In this document: positions 47,894-60,143 of the stretch, in pieces | Position numbering within the stretch: the stretch's first letter is position 1 | Layout of the letters: the number at the start of each line of letters is the position of its first letter | From: Chrysomallon squamiferum | Lineage: Eukaryota; Animalia; Mollusca | Assembly (NCBI GenBank): GCA_012295275.1 | Contig: CM022669.1 | Location: 3,720,001-3,784,000, forward strand | DNA: 64,000 nucleotides | Reading direction: 5' to 3' | Translations under genes and position numbers: made by a program | The notes under the pieces: model-generated | Databases searched by the model: none | Told to the model about the DNA's origin: nothing | The model's input: only the letters and a program-made list of their open reading frames with translations

Positions 47894-49341
47894 GATGATG
47901 ATAATGATGGTATGATTATAATAATAATAATAATAATCAATAATAATAATAATCAGTAATAATAATAATAATAATAACAATGATGATGATGATTGATAAT
48001 GATAATGATAGTAAAAATAACCATCTATTATTATTAGTGCTATTAACATTACTAATATTTCTACTACTACTACTACTACTAATAATAACTAATTATAATA
48101 ATAATAAAAATTACAGTAATGATAATAATAATAGTAATAATGATGATGATGATGAAATGATAGTAAAACTAACAGTACTACTACTACTATTACTAATATT
48201 TCTACTAGTACTATACTACAACACCTAATGCTATTTCTTCTATACTATAACAACTAATGCTTCTGCTTCTACTTCTACTACTACTAATAAGTAGCAACAG
48301 CACGAATAAAAACAACAGCAGCTAAAGCAACAACACCATTTATAATAACATCAATAAGAATGGTATTAACAAAAAAGCAGAGGCAATAATAACAACAACA
48401 ACAACAAACAACAATACTATTGTTATTACTACTATTGCTGATGCTACTACTACTACTACTACAACTACTACTACTACTAATAATAATAATATTAATGGTG
48501 CTTTTGAAGGATTTTATCCTAACCAGCAGATATAGGATATCATTAACTCTCTAGTCCTTAACCACAGAGATATGGACTGAAATGTTTTAATTAAAATAGT
48601 TCCTAATTACCACAACACAAAGGACTACTTGGCAGTTTGATGTAATTAGCTGTAGGTGCGTATTTTCTGGGTGTGCTAGGTGGTCTGTGCACAGCCAGCA
48701 AAGATAATAAATTCTCGATAAATTTTAATTTCACTCGAAATCATAGACGACAAAGGAAAATTGATTTTTCTACCCATTTTTTTGTTGAGATATTGTAGCA
48801 GTTATTTTGAGATACTCCATCACACCTCACGTATAATAGTTATCAAATGAAAATGTACGGGGTGGATGGTGGGGTTATGGAAAAGCGACAAAAATAAAAA
48901 TCGAAAGTTGAGCGACATTGTGCCAAAACGCCCTATGACAACCACTCAGCGCTTAACACAGAAACAGTCGTAGATGCAGTTGTTGTTCTTACCATTCAGT
49001 AGCACGGTGTAGTTGCCGTAGAACTCCGTCATTGCTTCGACGCTGGAACCAAACGAAGGGAAAACCTCAGACACAGGACCTCTCCAGTACAGAGAAAACG
49101 TGTATTGATGTCCTAACTTCGTGAAGCGCATTTTTCGTAAAGTTGTGTGGGTAATCATAAACATTTCCTGAACGTCTCGGTAGATGATCGTTGCCGTAGT
49201 GTCAAACAAATGTGTACATGTATTCTGAAAGTACAATAACAGTGGATTTTCAACTGTGAAGGAAAGAAAGGAAAAAAAAAAAAAAAAAAAAAAAAAAATA
49301 AAAAATTAATAATATTAATAGAGACAAAATAAATAAATAAG

Positions 49342-49401
<60 letters not shown>

Positions 49402-49402
49402 C

Positions 49403-49440
<38 letters not shown>

Positions 49441-49635
49441 TAAATAAATAAATAAAATAAGACTCCAAAATGTACTACAAAAATAAGAAACGCTATTCTT
49501 CCCAACAAATAATAAAAGATGTTAAACTGATTGTTACTAAAATATTTTATTATAAACAGTGTACAAGTCGAGCAAATAATTCATTTTCAAAACAACAACT
49601 ACAACAAAAGATTAAAAAGAATGAAAAAAAGATAA

Positions 49636-49670
<35 letters not shown>

Positions 49671-50216
49671 ATACAAAGAATCTTAAATGTTTAAATCAGT
49701 TTACCTTATTTGACCATTTTTCTTAAAGTCAACAGTTTTTTTTGATATTATTAGGACAATATTAATATAATTATAGAATTAAATGCAAAATCTAGAAGAG
49801 AATCAAAACAGTCTGTATAGATGTGCCTGCCTATTTATATATGTATTTATTTCAGTATGTGCATATAACTATACTGATTATATGCCTGATTTACATTAAC
49901 TCACCTTTTCATAATAGTTTGAATTCACTGAAGGTTCCATCATTCTCAGATGTGTGTAACTGGTGAAGGTGTGACATACTAATTTTCCGTTTTCTCTGGA
50001 ATTCTGAAAAGCCTGACATGAACTGAGATCGGAACACAGTCTGGAACAAGCCAAGCGACTCAGGGTCCCTTGGAATGTCCCCTGGGAACGTAGACGCCTG
50101 TAATTCTCTAAGCCATAACGAGAATACAAGTACGATCGGAACTGATCGTCTGCACCAATAACTCCAGAAATAAAGCAAACAAGAAGAAGACCTACATAAC
50201 ATTTTGTCTTCGACAT
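47211..50216 (-). CDS. Secreted protein: signal peptide + PAN/Apple-like module + four-bladed hemopexin-like propeller, ~310 aa
   Basis: Exons 50216-49905, 49224-48993, 47599-47211; 933 nt, in frame, GT-AG. Signal peptide MSKTKCYVGLLLVCFISGVIGA. PAN core ACSRLCSDLSSCQAFQ...LVCHTF...NYYEK. Blades start LFDTTA, VEAMTE, MDAITQ..LYIFK and ITAAAF..YFVF. Cys residues sit at the propeller start (NTC) and end (YVCS*). Confidence 0.8.
47606..48490. repeat. Long compound (AAT)n/(GAT)n/(TAC)n/(AAC)n tract
   Basis: Visible trinucleotide repeats; produce the spurious 213-aa poly-Ile ORF. Confidence 0.92.
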
Positions 50217-51719
50217 TGTGGTTGTTTTACGATTCACTGTTTATAACTGGTTATGAAAGTTGTAGGAACTGAAAGTCTTCTTTTATTAATATTTTCAGTT
50301 TATATCTTCGAATTCTTGTCTTAACGAGTCTTTTCTTGTGGTCGTCCAGAATAACTGCATAAAATGAAAAGTCTTCGTTCACTATGTCCAGTTTTTAGCT
50401 TTAACTAATATTTCCTTTTTGTTTTCTTAGTCTTCTGTCAGAGTTATGTTCAGTTGAGAAAATCATCTAATACTTGTTTTCTCTGATATCCACAGTAATT
50501 TTACGTATTTAGAAGAACGTTCATTCAACCTGAATTCTTCTTTTTAAACTATTGACGTTTGCTTCATATTCACAAATCCATAGTTATTTCCATCAAGAAA
50601 AATGCCACATTTAAAGAAGCCTTCGTTTAGAATATTGTGCATTTTATGTACCTGGGTTTTTTTGTGTTTTTTTTTTTTGTATTGTTATATTTGAAACAAA
50701 ATTTACATCTAGCTTCATTAGAGACAGCTGATCAGAACCATATAATCAAGGTTTGTTTAATATCTTAGTAATATCTTAGTATTGTTATCCAGAAACAGAC
50801 GAAGAACTGAAAAGTTTTCACTCAACAGTAAATATTCAGTTCATTCCACCAAAAATTATTTTCTCGTCAATATCAAAGGTTTGTTTAAGATTCAACAGAA
50901 CGTGCAGTTGTCCGGAATAGTTGCAAAACTTGAAAAAATTCGATCATCCTAGTTTGTAGATCAAATAAATAGTTTATCTTTGATACATAGTTCATTTAAA
51001 ATTCAATTATCCACAGTATTTGTATGAAAAGAATAATAAAATCTTCGTTGACAGTAATCTTTCAGTTCACAGTTTCAGGTAACCTAATAAGTCCAAGGTC
51101 ACGACTTCAGGTAGAACTATCGTAAACGGGTTACAAAGACTGTGAATATAACACTGTATTTAGTTTATAAACGTGGTGATAGTTTATGACATCACATACA
51201 TAAATTATCAAACACAGGTTTAACGAACATAATCAACTCTCGTCTAATTCTATACACACATAAAAATAACCCCAGTATGTGAGAAAACTAACACGCTACG
51301 AAGACTGTTTACATTACACCAGTAAGTTGATTGGTTTTGAATATTGAAAGGGTATCGTGTTCTTCGGTGAGGCATTGTCGTCGTATGCTTCAGCGCTCGG
51401 TTATTTACTTAACGACAAACTTTCCAATGGCTGATTGATGGTAGGAAATGAATCCAATGGTTCGCATTGATTTCTTAATGTACAGTACGTGAGTATAATG
51501 TTTTATTCAAACACTTATTAATTAGTTCACTTACTTTATGTATATTGTCCATTTAATATATCGGATCCATTATGTTGTCATTTATTTACTTATTTACTTA
51601 TTTATTTATATTTATATTTATTATTATTATTATTATTATTTTAAAACATTTCAGAAAATAGTAATAATAATGATAATGGCGATGATGACTGAAGAAAACA
51701 ATAAATAAATCAGTAAGTT

Positions 51720-51753
<34 letters not shown>

Positions 51754-51930
51754 TAGTTTTGAAGTCTGATAACTTTTCAGAAAAAAATATATCCACAAAA
51801 CCAGTTTAATCTTCTAGGAATAATTCAAGTTTATAGGTCATGTACCCAAGCGCCTTTTTTGATTGTTTGGGGGTTTTTTTTATTATTATTTTTAAAACTA
51901 TTATTGATTTACAGGATTGCAAAAAACAGC

Positions 51931-52150
51931 TTTTCCTCCAAGACTGACAACAAGAAAAATGACTTAAGATTATTATTGCTATCTAATCATGCGAACATCA
52001 ATTAATCAGGTGTTGATGTAAAATTCAGAAGAACGCAAACCTTTAAGTTAATTAAGTGGTATTCACAATGAATGTATACAATATCGTTAGAACAATTTTT
52101 TTTTCTCCTCTGTATAGATGCATATAAGGAAAGTAATTTTGTTGAAGCTG
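51931..52150 (+). repeat. Diverged dispersed repeat, copy 1
   Basis: ttttcctccaagactgacaacaa...aaaatgacttaagattattatt..tctaatca...ggtattcac aligns with ~55778-55990. Confidence 0.7.
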
Positions 52151-53085
52151 AACTGATTTGTCATTCAGTGCAGAAAAGAAAAAGAAAAAGGAAAAAAATA
52201 TTTGCTGTCATGACAGTAATAAATTCAGGAAATATGATGTAGGTGTGGATATCGATGTAATTTAATAGTTACTCAACAACTAAAACTGTTCTGAAAACAA
52301 TGCATGTTTTGGCTTGTGACTTGGCTTTATATTTAAGAATCCAAATTGAGTTAAAACTCTGAATCAATGAGCATTCATATGTATCACATTTCTGTTTGTT
52401 CGAAAATCAAACTAAATGAGAAAGCCGATACATACTTCCCGATAATAATGAATCCAGGTGCATTCTAAATGTCTTCCGTTAAAATTTCAAACAAAATAAA
52501 ATACAAACAAAAAACAAAACAATTTATAAAATCAGATAAATATATAAAAAAAATAATTAAGTAAATAAATAAATAAATAAATAAAATAAAATATTAATAA
52601 TAAAAATGATAATAATAAACAAACTAACAAAATAAAAAGGAAATAAAAATAATAAATAAAGAAATAAAAAAATAAAATAAAATAAATAATAATAATAAAA
52701 TAATAATAAAATGAAATAAAAAATAAAATAAAATAAAATAAAATAAAATAAAATAAAATAAATAAATAAATAACAAATCAAAGGAATCATGTTTACAGTT
52801 TATTTCACAAATTCATTGACACTATTTTACTGTATATTACACATTGCACATTTTAAAACATGTAACCTCTGTCTATAGATAGGTGAAAAAGGTTCATATA
52901 ATAATCACAATTTTATTATGCATAACTTATCCATTATGACCACAGGCAAAACCAATTCATGTACAGCAACCACAATAAAGCAACAAAACAATAACAAATT
53001 TCACTGAATGGCAGAAAATAAATTAAGAAACAAAAAATTGATATGTGCTGTAATAGTTACCTATAGTATTAACATTTAATTATAG

Positions 53086-53136
<51 letters not shown>

Positions 53137-53212
53137 ATAAAAAAATACCATTTTCTTGAATATTAAACATGGAGTCAGTATTTATTAAGGACAACTAATT
53201 ATTTTTATACTT

Positions 53213-53284
53213 AAACTGTCAATGTAAATTTTCTGATACTTTATTCTGTAATTTAAAGTATCTGAAAATTTACATTGATAGTTT
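53213..53284. other. Near-perfect hairpin: 31-bp arms, 10-nt loop
   Basis: Left arm aaactgtcaatgtaaattttctgatacttta, loop ttctgtaatt, right arm taaagtatctgaaaatttacattgatagttt. 29 of 31 positions are Watson-Crick pairs. Confidence 0.85.
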
Positions 53285-53368
53285 TTCGTCTTGGCTCTTA
53301 TTAGACAACAAAATTAAGGTTTTGTGTTTGCTGATTTAACTTTTGCCATTTGCTCATTGTTTCTGAGC

Positions 53369-53968
53369 ATGGAAGGATGAGAGAAAAGAACAGAGAATTT
53401 AAACAAGAATCTACAGTGGAAACAATACTGGAAAAAAGAAGTAAAAACAGGATGAGCTAATTGAGTATATTTTATTGGTATTCAGAAAAGGAGAAATCTT
53501 AACTTGCATTTTGAGAAAAAAAACAGTTTTACAAATTACTTTTTAAGACAAAAGACAGGCAAGATTTTTTTTTCATGAACAAGAAATGACATAAAGATAT
53601 AAATATGAAAATTAATATGATATATGAAGAAAGCATTGTCATATCTTTTATGCACCTTCTTGTATACACTGATGAAGTAATTATTAGTAAATTGAAAAGC
53701 ATGAACATTGAAATTTTATCTGAAATCAAAAGGAGAAAATATGAAAAAAACAAATATTGCTGAAGGGACTAGATATCTAAAAGCTAAATTTCCTGAAGAA
53801 ATGAAGAGTTTACCAGACTCTGTAAAGTTTGAAACAACAGAAGGAATGAAATATTTCAGAGTAATACATAATAAACAAATATCAGATAATCATGTTCTGA
53901 AAGAATGTCCACATACAAAATGTTGTAACTGTAATGTGATGGGAGACACTGTAAAACATGTTCAGTGA
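53369..53968 (+). mobile_element. Degenerate ORF1 (gag-like zinc knuckle) of a Tx1/L1-clade non-LTR retrotransposon
   Basis: Frameshifted fragments: HLLVYTDEVIISKLKSMNIEILSEIKRRKY and TNIAEGTRYLKAKFPEEMKSLPDSVKFETTEGMKYFRVIHNKQ..HVLKECPHTKCCNCNVMG. These match the DGTR..K....SLP.S.KF.T....YFRVIH + CCHC pattern I recall for Tx1 ORF1/ZCCHC3-like proteins. No ORF2 follows. Confidence 0.78.
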
Positions 53969-54237
53969 TTTATTAGAAATCATCTACCAGCCTTTTCTTG
54001 GATACATTCTTTAGTGCAGTCTGATAAACCAGAATTTAGCAACACACACTGAAACCTGAACATTCAGTCTTGTAACTTAATACCGCAAAATCATTAATAA
54101 CATAAATAAATAAATAAATAAATAAAAATAGTAGTTGCTTGACACTCACATTAAAACAAAAAAAAAAAAAAAAAAAAGATAAATTTAGAAAAAAAAAAAA
54201 AAAAAAAAAACCTAAGCAAAATCAACACACACACACA

Positions 54238-54284
<47 letters not shown>

Positions 54285-54369
54285 CTGTAAATTAATCTAT
54301 TTTTGTACGAAACACATTTAATGTGCAAAATTATCTATCTACTATTCCACAAACACATTAATAAATAAC

Positions 54370-54750
54370 AGACATCAACAGTCACACATATTTATAATAA
54401 TCTTTCTCTCTTATTCATAAGTATGTACAGTAATAAACATTCTCTATGTCAAATATACACAGTCACATATATTTCTCTCTGTTACAGTCAAATACATACA
54501 TTATTTCTATGCAACAATCATATACATAGTCACATATTTCTGCTTAACAGATTCATAGTCACACATACTGCTTTATCTGTAACATTCAGATATATACACT
54601 CATTTGTTACGTACTTTCACACAAATTTCTATATCTGTTATTATTATAAACAATGTCAGACACATTTACAACTCTTCATGATATCTAGATAAATACATTT
54701 GTAACTGTCTCTGTTACACCAATACTAAGATACATGTAACTGTCTGGTTA
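54370..54750. repeat. Degenerate ~27-bp tandem repeat
   Basis: Recurrent acagtcacatatatttctctctgtt-like units. Confidence 0.55.
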
Positions 54751-54893
54751 CATGAGTATGGACAATCAAGCAAACTAGTAACGTTCTATAAAGTCTGATC
54801 TGGGAACAGATGTTAATTATACTGTGAGGGGATAAACAGCACTAACAATATTTCTAAATGATCACTGTCTGGATTACTATCTTCTGCACTTCT

Positions 54894-57800
54894 TTACTTG
54901 TATTTGGAAGCTGAAAATAAAACAAATAACAATATAAAAATAAGTAATACAAGCAAGGTCATTAATTCAAGATTATATTTAAAATAAAAATTGATTCAGA
55001 ATTTTTTTTTTTTATATGTGCATCTGTATGTATGTATACATAAATGTGTGTTAACCATGCATACAATTCAGTGACATTATGTATGTTTATAAATCTATGT
55101 ACAGCAAAAAAAACAAGAGATTTAATACATGTTTTAAGTCAAATATGTTATTTCATTTTCATGTTAAGTCTCCTTGTGTAGGTGGATTCACAAGTGTACA
55201 AGTTGAACAAATGAAGAGAGCGGAATGTGGTGAGAATTTCTTGTAAATAGACGTTACTGTATTAAATATAAATGAGAAACACATTAAATTAATTACATTT
55301 TTCCAATAAGCACTTAATACACTTACAATGAACATTTGATGTGTGAAATTGTTTGATAAATATGTAATTTGTAATCTGTTTAACTTATAATTAAAAAAAA
55401 ATAAAAAAAATAAAAAAAATGAAAATAAAAATATAAATCCTCACATTTTCAGTCAGAATTTCAAGTCTTTTCCAAAAATAAAAATTGGTTTTAATTTTTA
55501 AAATTTTTTAACACTTTATTTCCATATTTAACTGACACACACAATCACACAAAAAAATAGAAAATAGAAAATAAAAAATAAAAATAGAAATAAAAAATAA
55601 TAATAAAAATTAAAAACAAAATAATAATAAATTTGTTATATAAGTAAAAAGGAAAAAAGAAGAAAAAAGAATAAATAAATAAATGAGTATAAAGAAAATA
55701 AAAATAAAAATAATTAAAATATTTACTGCTTGCTTGTTATTATTGAATAATAATGATTTATACTGTTTTAAACACTTTTTCTTCCAAGTCTCACAACAAC
55801 AAAAACCTGATACAAAATGACTTAAGATTATTATTTGTGTCTAATCAGGCAAACACCAGTTAATTTGGCTTTGAGTTAAAATTTAGACAAATGCTAGGCC
55901 ACTAAGTTCATTAATTGGTATTCACTGTAAGAGAATATAATTATTATTTCTTTATACAGGTGCTTGATGAAGCTGTATTTTGTTAGTTATTCAGCATTAC
56001 AATAACCAAAGCACAAAATAAGAAATGAACTTGCCAGAAAGAGACAATGTTTTTCTTACATTACAATTATTTTCAAGAAAAGAAAAATGTTAAACATTTC
56101 ATTTTCACAAATCAAAGAAGAAAAGAAATATTAAAAATTCAGATATTTACAAAAATTTGGTGAATTTGAATGTAACGGAGTAAAACATTAATAATTTTGT
56201 CTAAACTAATTTGTTGACTAAACTTTTTAAATACGTCTATATCTGAGCTGAAAATAATATTTTATGTCCCTAGGATAAATGAAGCACAACAGAATTCCAC
56301 AACAGATATTTAGTAAACTAAGACAGCTTAGAACTACAGACATCGTCATGCTGCATGGATTATTGTGATTATTTTTTTAATTCTAATTTAATGCTAAACT
56401 CTTTACCATGCATTACTCCAACATATCTTTACATTCAGGACAACACAACCAAACCATTTCAACCATGAAGTGTTTAGTGTATTAAAGCCAAATCCAGTTA
56501 GTGATGTTAACAGCCACATGCCAATTCAGAAAAATTCTACTTAGTTTAGGATTTTATTTAACAGTCTATTTCATTTCTTTTTTCATTTAAACAATCAAAA
56601 ACAGACCCTAAATTGAAGCTGTGTATGGAGACCTGTGTCTAACAACCATGCCAATAAGCTGTTAATCTTGCATAATTTTTTTTTCTGAAGTAAAAATAAA
56701 TGGCACTATTTTAAGACATCTAAACCACACCAAACTCAGGAATTACCCAGCCTAGAGTCGTGGTAATACAAATATCTCTCTGGAGTCTTACTGAAATCTG
56801 AAACACACAAAATTATGATACAGAATGTTGGTGTTGATTAAATTAACTATTATTATTATTATTCTTTTTTTTAACGAAAGTGTTAAATATATTTTCCTGT
56901 CTCACCATTTGACCCTTTTTCTCTCACTTTCCTCATTATCCATCTGTAAGAAAACATAACAACTATCAACTAGTTAACTAAATGTTAAAAACGTTTTCTT
57001 TGTGAATACTGCAGGAATGTTAAAATGGCATGAGTTCATTAAAGAATTGTATTATTACTATGTAAAAAGAACTATGGTTATTAATGAATCAGGCACCCAT
57101 GAAGGGAAATTCTGTTTAGTATTAATGCTTGGGTTCTCAGACCAAATAAAGAAAAACATTTTTATAATCCTGTAATTATGTTTTATGTACATACAGGAAT
57201 AACAGGATCTACAACTCTTGATATGTTTCTTGTAGAAATTTTGATTAAAAAAAAAGTAAATAAGATTATTATTGAAATTAAAACAATGTAATTACAATTA
57301 AATCAATAAGTCAAAATATTTTTATACTATCTCAAAACATTTTCATTTTGATGTTTATCTAAAGACTGGTCATAGCATGATATACACTTTCATATACAAC
57401 TTTCATAAACAAGAATGTACATACCACAATGTTTAATACAAATTTACAGAGCTGTGACTAAATTGCTTAGGCCAGAATCTAATTGTTGACTGCCAATCAT
57501 CCTTTATTATCTAATACCAACAACTGATTAAGTAACAAACATTCCCTATGATGTTATTAATAGTTGATAAAGATAGGTGTATTATGTTCTGTTACCAAAA
57601 GTTGATCAAACAGCAATCACTTCTTACATGTTAGAAACAACTAATCAAGTAACAATCACTGCTTATAAAATATTTTGATCAAATAATGATCCTACTTATC
57701 AGTTACAAAACCACACTTTAGATATGTTATTGACAACTGACCAAGTAAAAATTACACTATTAGTTTGCTAATCAATTAAACATTATTGTTTTTTGTTATC

Positions 57801-60105
57801 AATTTGTTACCACCAGCAGACTGATGACCTCTTATTAGGATTTGTTACCATAACTAATCTGATAATGATAATCCCTTATGATCTATTATCACCCACTGAT
57901 AAAATAATGATAACTCTTCATTATCTATTGTCAAATATTGATCTTTTCTCAGGATGTAACTATATGCTTCAGCCCATTTGTAAAACTTTAAAAAAATTAT
58001 TGAATAAAACAAAAATTACGAAAACAAATAATACTGTTATTGTTTGTTGTAGTGTTTACTAACAGAAAAAAAAACTTCACTTACGGCTTTTCTGAGTAAC
58101 CACAGGCTTCTGTGGTGGATTCAGTTCTTTGGACAACTTTTCAAACAGGTACTTGGCAATGCGCAGAAGAGAAGCATGGATGGCAAACTGCAAAACAAGC
58201 GCTCCAAATCCTTTGTACAGGCCAAATATCCCTTCCTCATTTATGATGCACTGGAAACAATCAATGAACCCCTCGTAGCTGGTGTTGATTGGGATAACGC
58301 CAAGGCCGGTGTCTGTGTTGTCTATGATGGTTCGTGTGCCTTGCACGTACAGTCTGTGCAATATTGTCTCAAGGGGAAAAGCATAACATCTGCGAGAACA
58401 GCTCCTGTGAATGATGCCAGCAGCTCTGGAAAGTAGATGTCGAAAATTGTGCATTCTAGGTCTGGTGTGTCCACTGAATGTTCCTGTAAAGAGTGATCCT
58501 GGAAGAAAAAAATAAACATAAAACAGGAGAAAAGATTATAATAATTATTGCACTGAATTACAGTCAGGTTATAGTGTTAACAAATTAACACTGAGTTCAT
58601 AGCAGTTTTAAATAAAACAGAATAATACAAATGTGAAAGAGATTAATCCTTTGAAAATAATGGATTAACATTTTTCTCTCTCAAATTAAACTGTGGCAGA
58701 CATAAATAATACATAGCATTCAAAGATTATGATTATGATACATCAAAGATACAACTATAACATAATAACGACCTATCATAACCACTTTTGTTGTTACTGT
58801 TAGGACAACTGATATCACAAAGTACTGAATAGATTAAGCAAGGTGATATGAATCAACAGGTATTCCTGAAAAATAGTTCAACTTGCCTTTACAGACTTCA
58901 TAAAAAAAATAAAAATTAAATAAATAAATAAATAAATACAAAATAATTTTTTTTGCATATATTTATTAGTTAAAAGCCCCTAAAAGGATGCAACTGTTAC
59001 TTTTTCATCTTCTTTTTATCTTATTTATTAACAAAGGGTTAATGTTAAATATAAAACACACAACCATATTGTTTTGTCCTGCACTCTAGATGCTTACTTC
59101 CACAAGATTTAATTATTTTTTATCAGTCACCTCGCATATTAACAATGGTATTAATGTGTGTACAAAACTCATGTTGCTTTGTCAAGCATTCTCAATATTT
59201 AGTTATTTGTTTTACTCACTCTCAGTTCTCTCTGCTCAGATCTGATGGTGGACATGACAGTGTACTGGGCCACGGATGTTATCAGGTAGTGGGACATGCG
59301 GAAGGCCAGTGTGGGAAAGACAAGTTTCCACATTGGAAGAAGTCGAGTGGTCTGAGGCATACCCCAACCCATGACTCGTATCAAACCTTCTTTCACCGTG
59401 TCAAACACTCCTGGCTTTCACTGGCGATGTCACTCTGAAATAAACAATAACATGTCTTATAACAACAACAACTGTATTAACAATGTTTTAAAATAAAAAC
59501 AATATTAACAATATTTTAAACAGTAACATGTCTTATAACTGTATTAACAGCATTTTAAACAAAAACAATATTAACAATATTTTAAACAGTAACATTTTTA
59601 TAACTATATTAACAGTATTTTAAAACAAAAACAATATTAACAATATTTTAAACAACATTTCACTATAAAAATATAAATAATATTTTAAAGCAAAAGCAAT
59701 AACATTAAAAATATTTTAAACAGTAACATTTCTTTATAGAAATATTAATAATATTTTACAACAAAAACAATAACAATTTTTACATCTAGTACTATAAAAG
59801 CTTTAAAAAAGCATCTGTCATATATACCCAAACACAGACAGACACACGCACAAACATCAAGAAAAATTATCAAAACAATATTTTTTGTAAAACTTTAAAA
59901 GAAAATGTATTAGTGACTGAAAGCATATATTTAAATAGTTATGTCCATCCTCGGATAGTTTTAATACTTGTTGTTAATGAGTGAATGTATAATATCTAAT
60001 TTATTTACTTCCATTTATCACAACTTATGATACTGTCATCTCTGTTCAAATAGCAAAAAGTAATGCTACAGTTATTACCACAGAGTTTAGAATTTCTAAA
60101 ACTAA

Positions 60106-60143
<38 letters not shown>

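Noticed and set aside
47408-48049. 213-aa ORF and similar poly-I/L/Y/N/T, RE, SL and CV ORFs across the window
   Set aside because: They are translations of microsatellites, with no domain content or splice support.
49155-49258. Alternative acceptor giving the Cys/His-rich LKIHCYCTFRIHVHIC frame in the PAN-hemopexin gene
   Set aside because: The frame stops at 49155, whereas the 49224 acceptor keeps the frame through all four blades.
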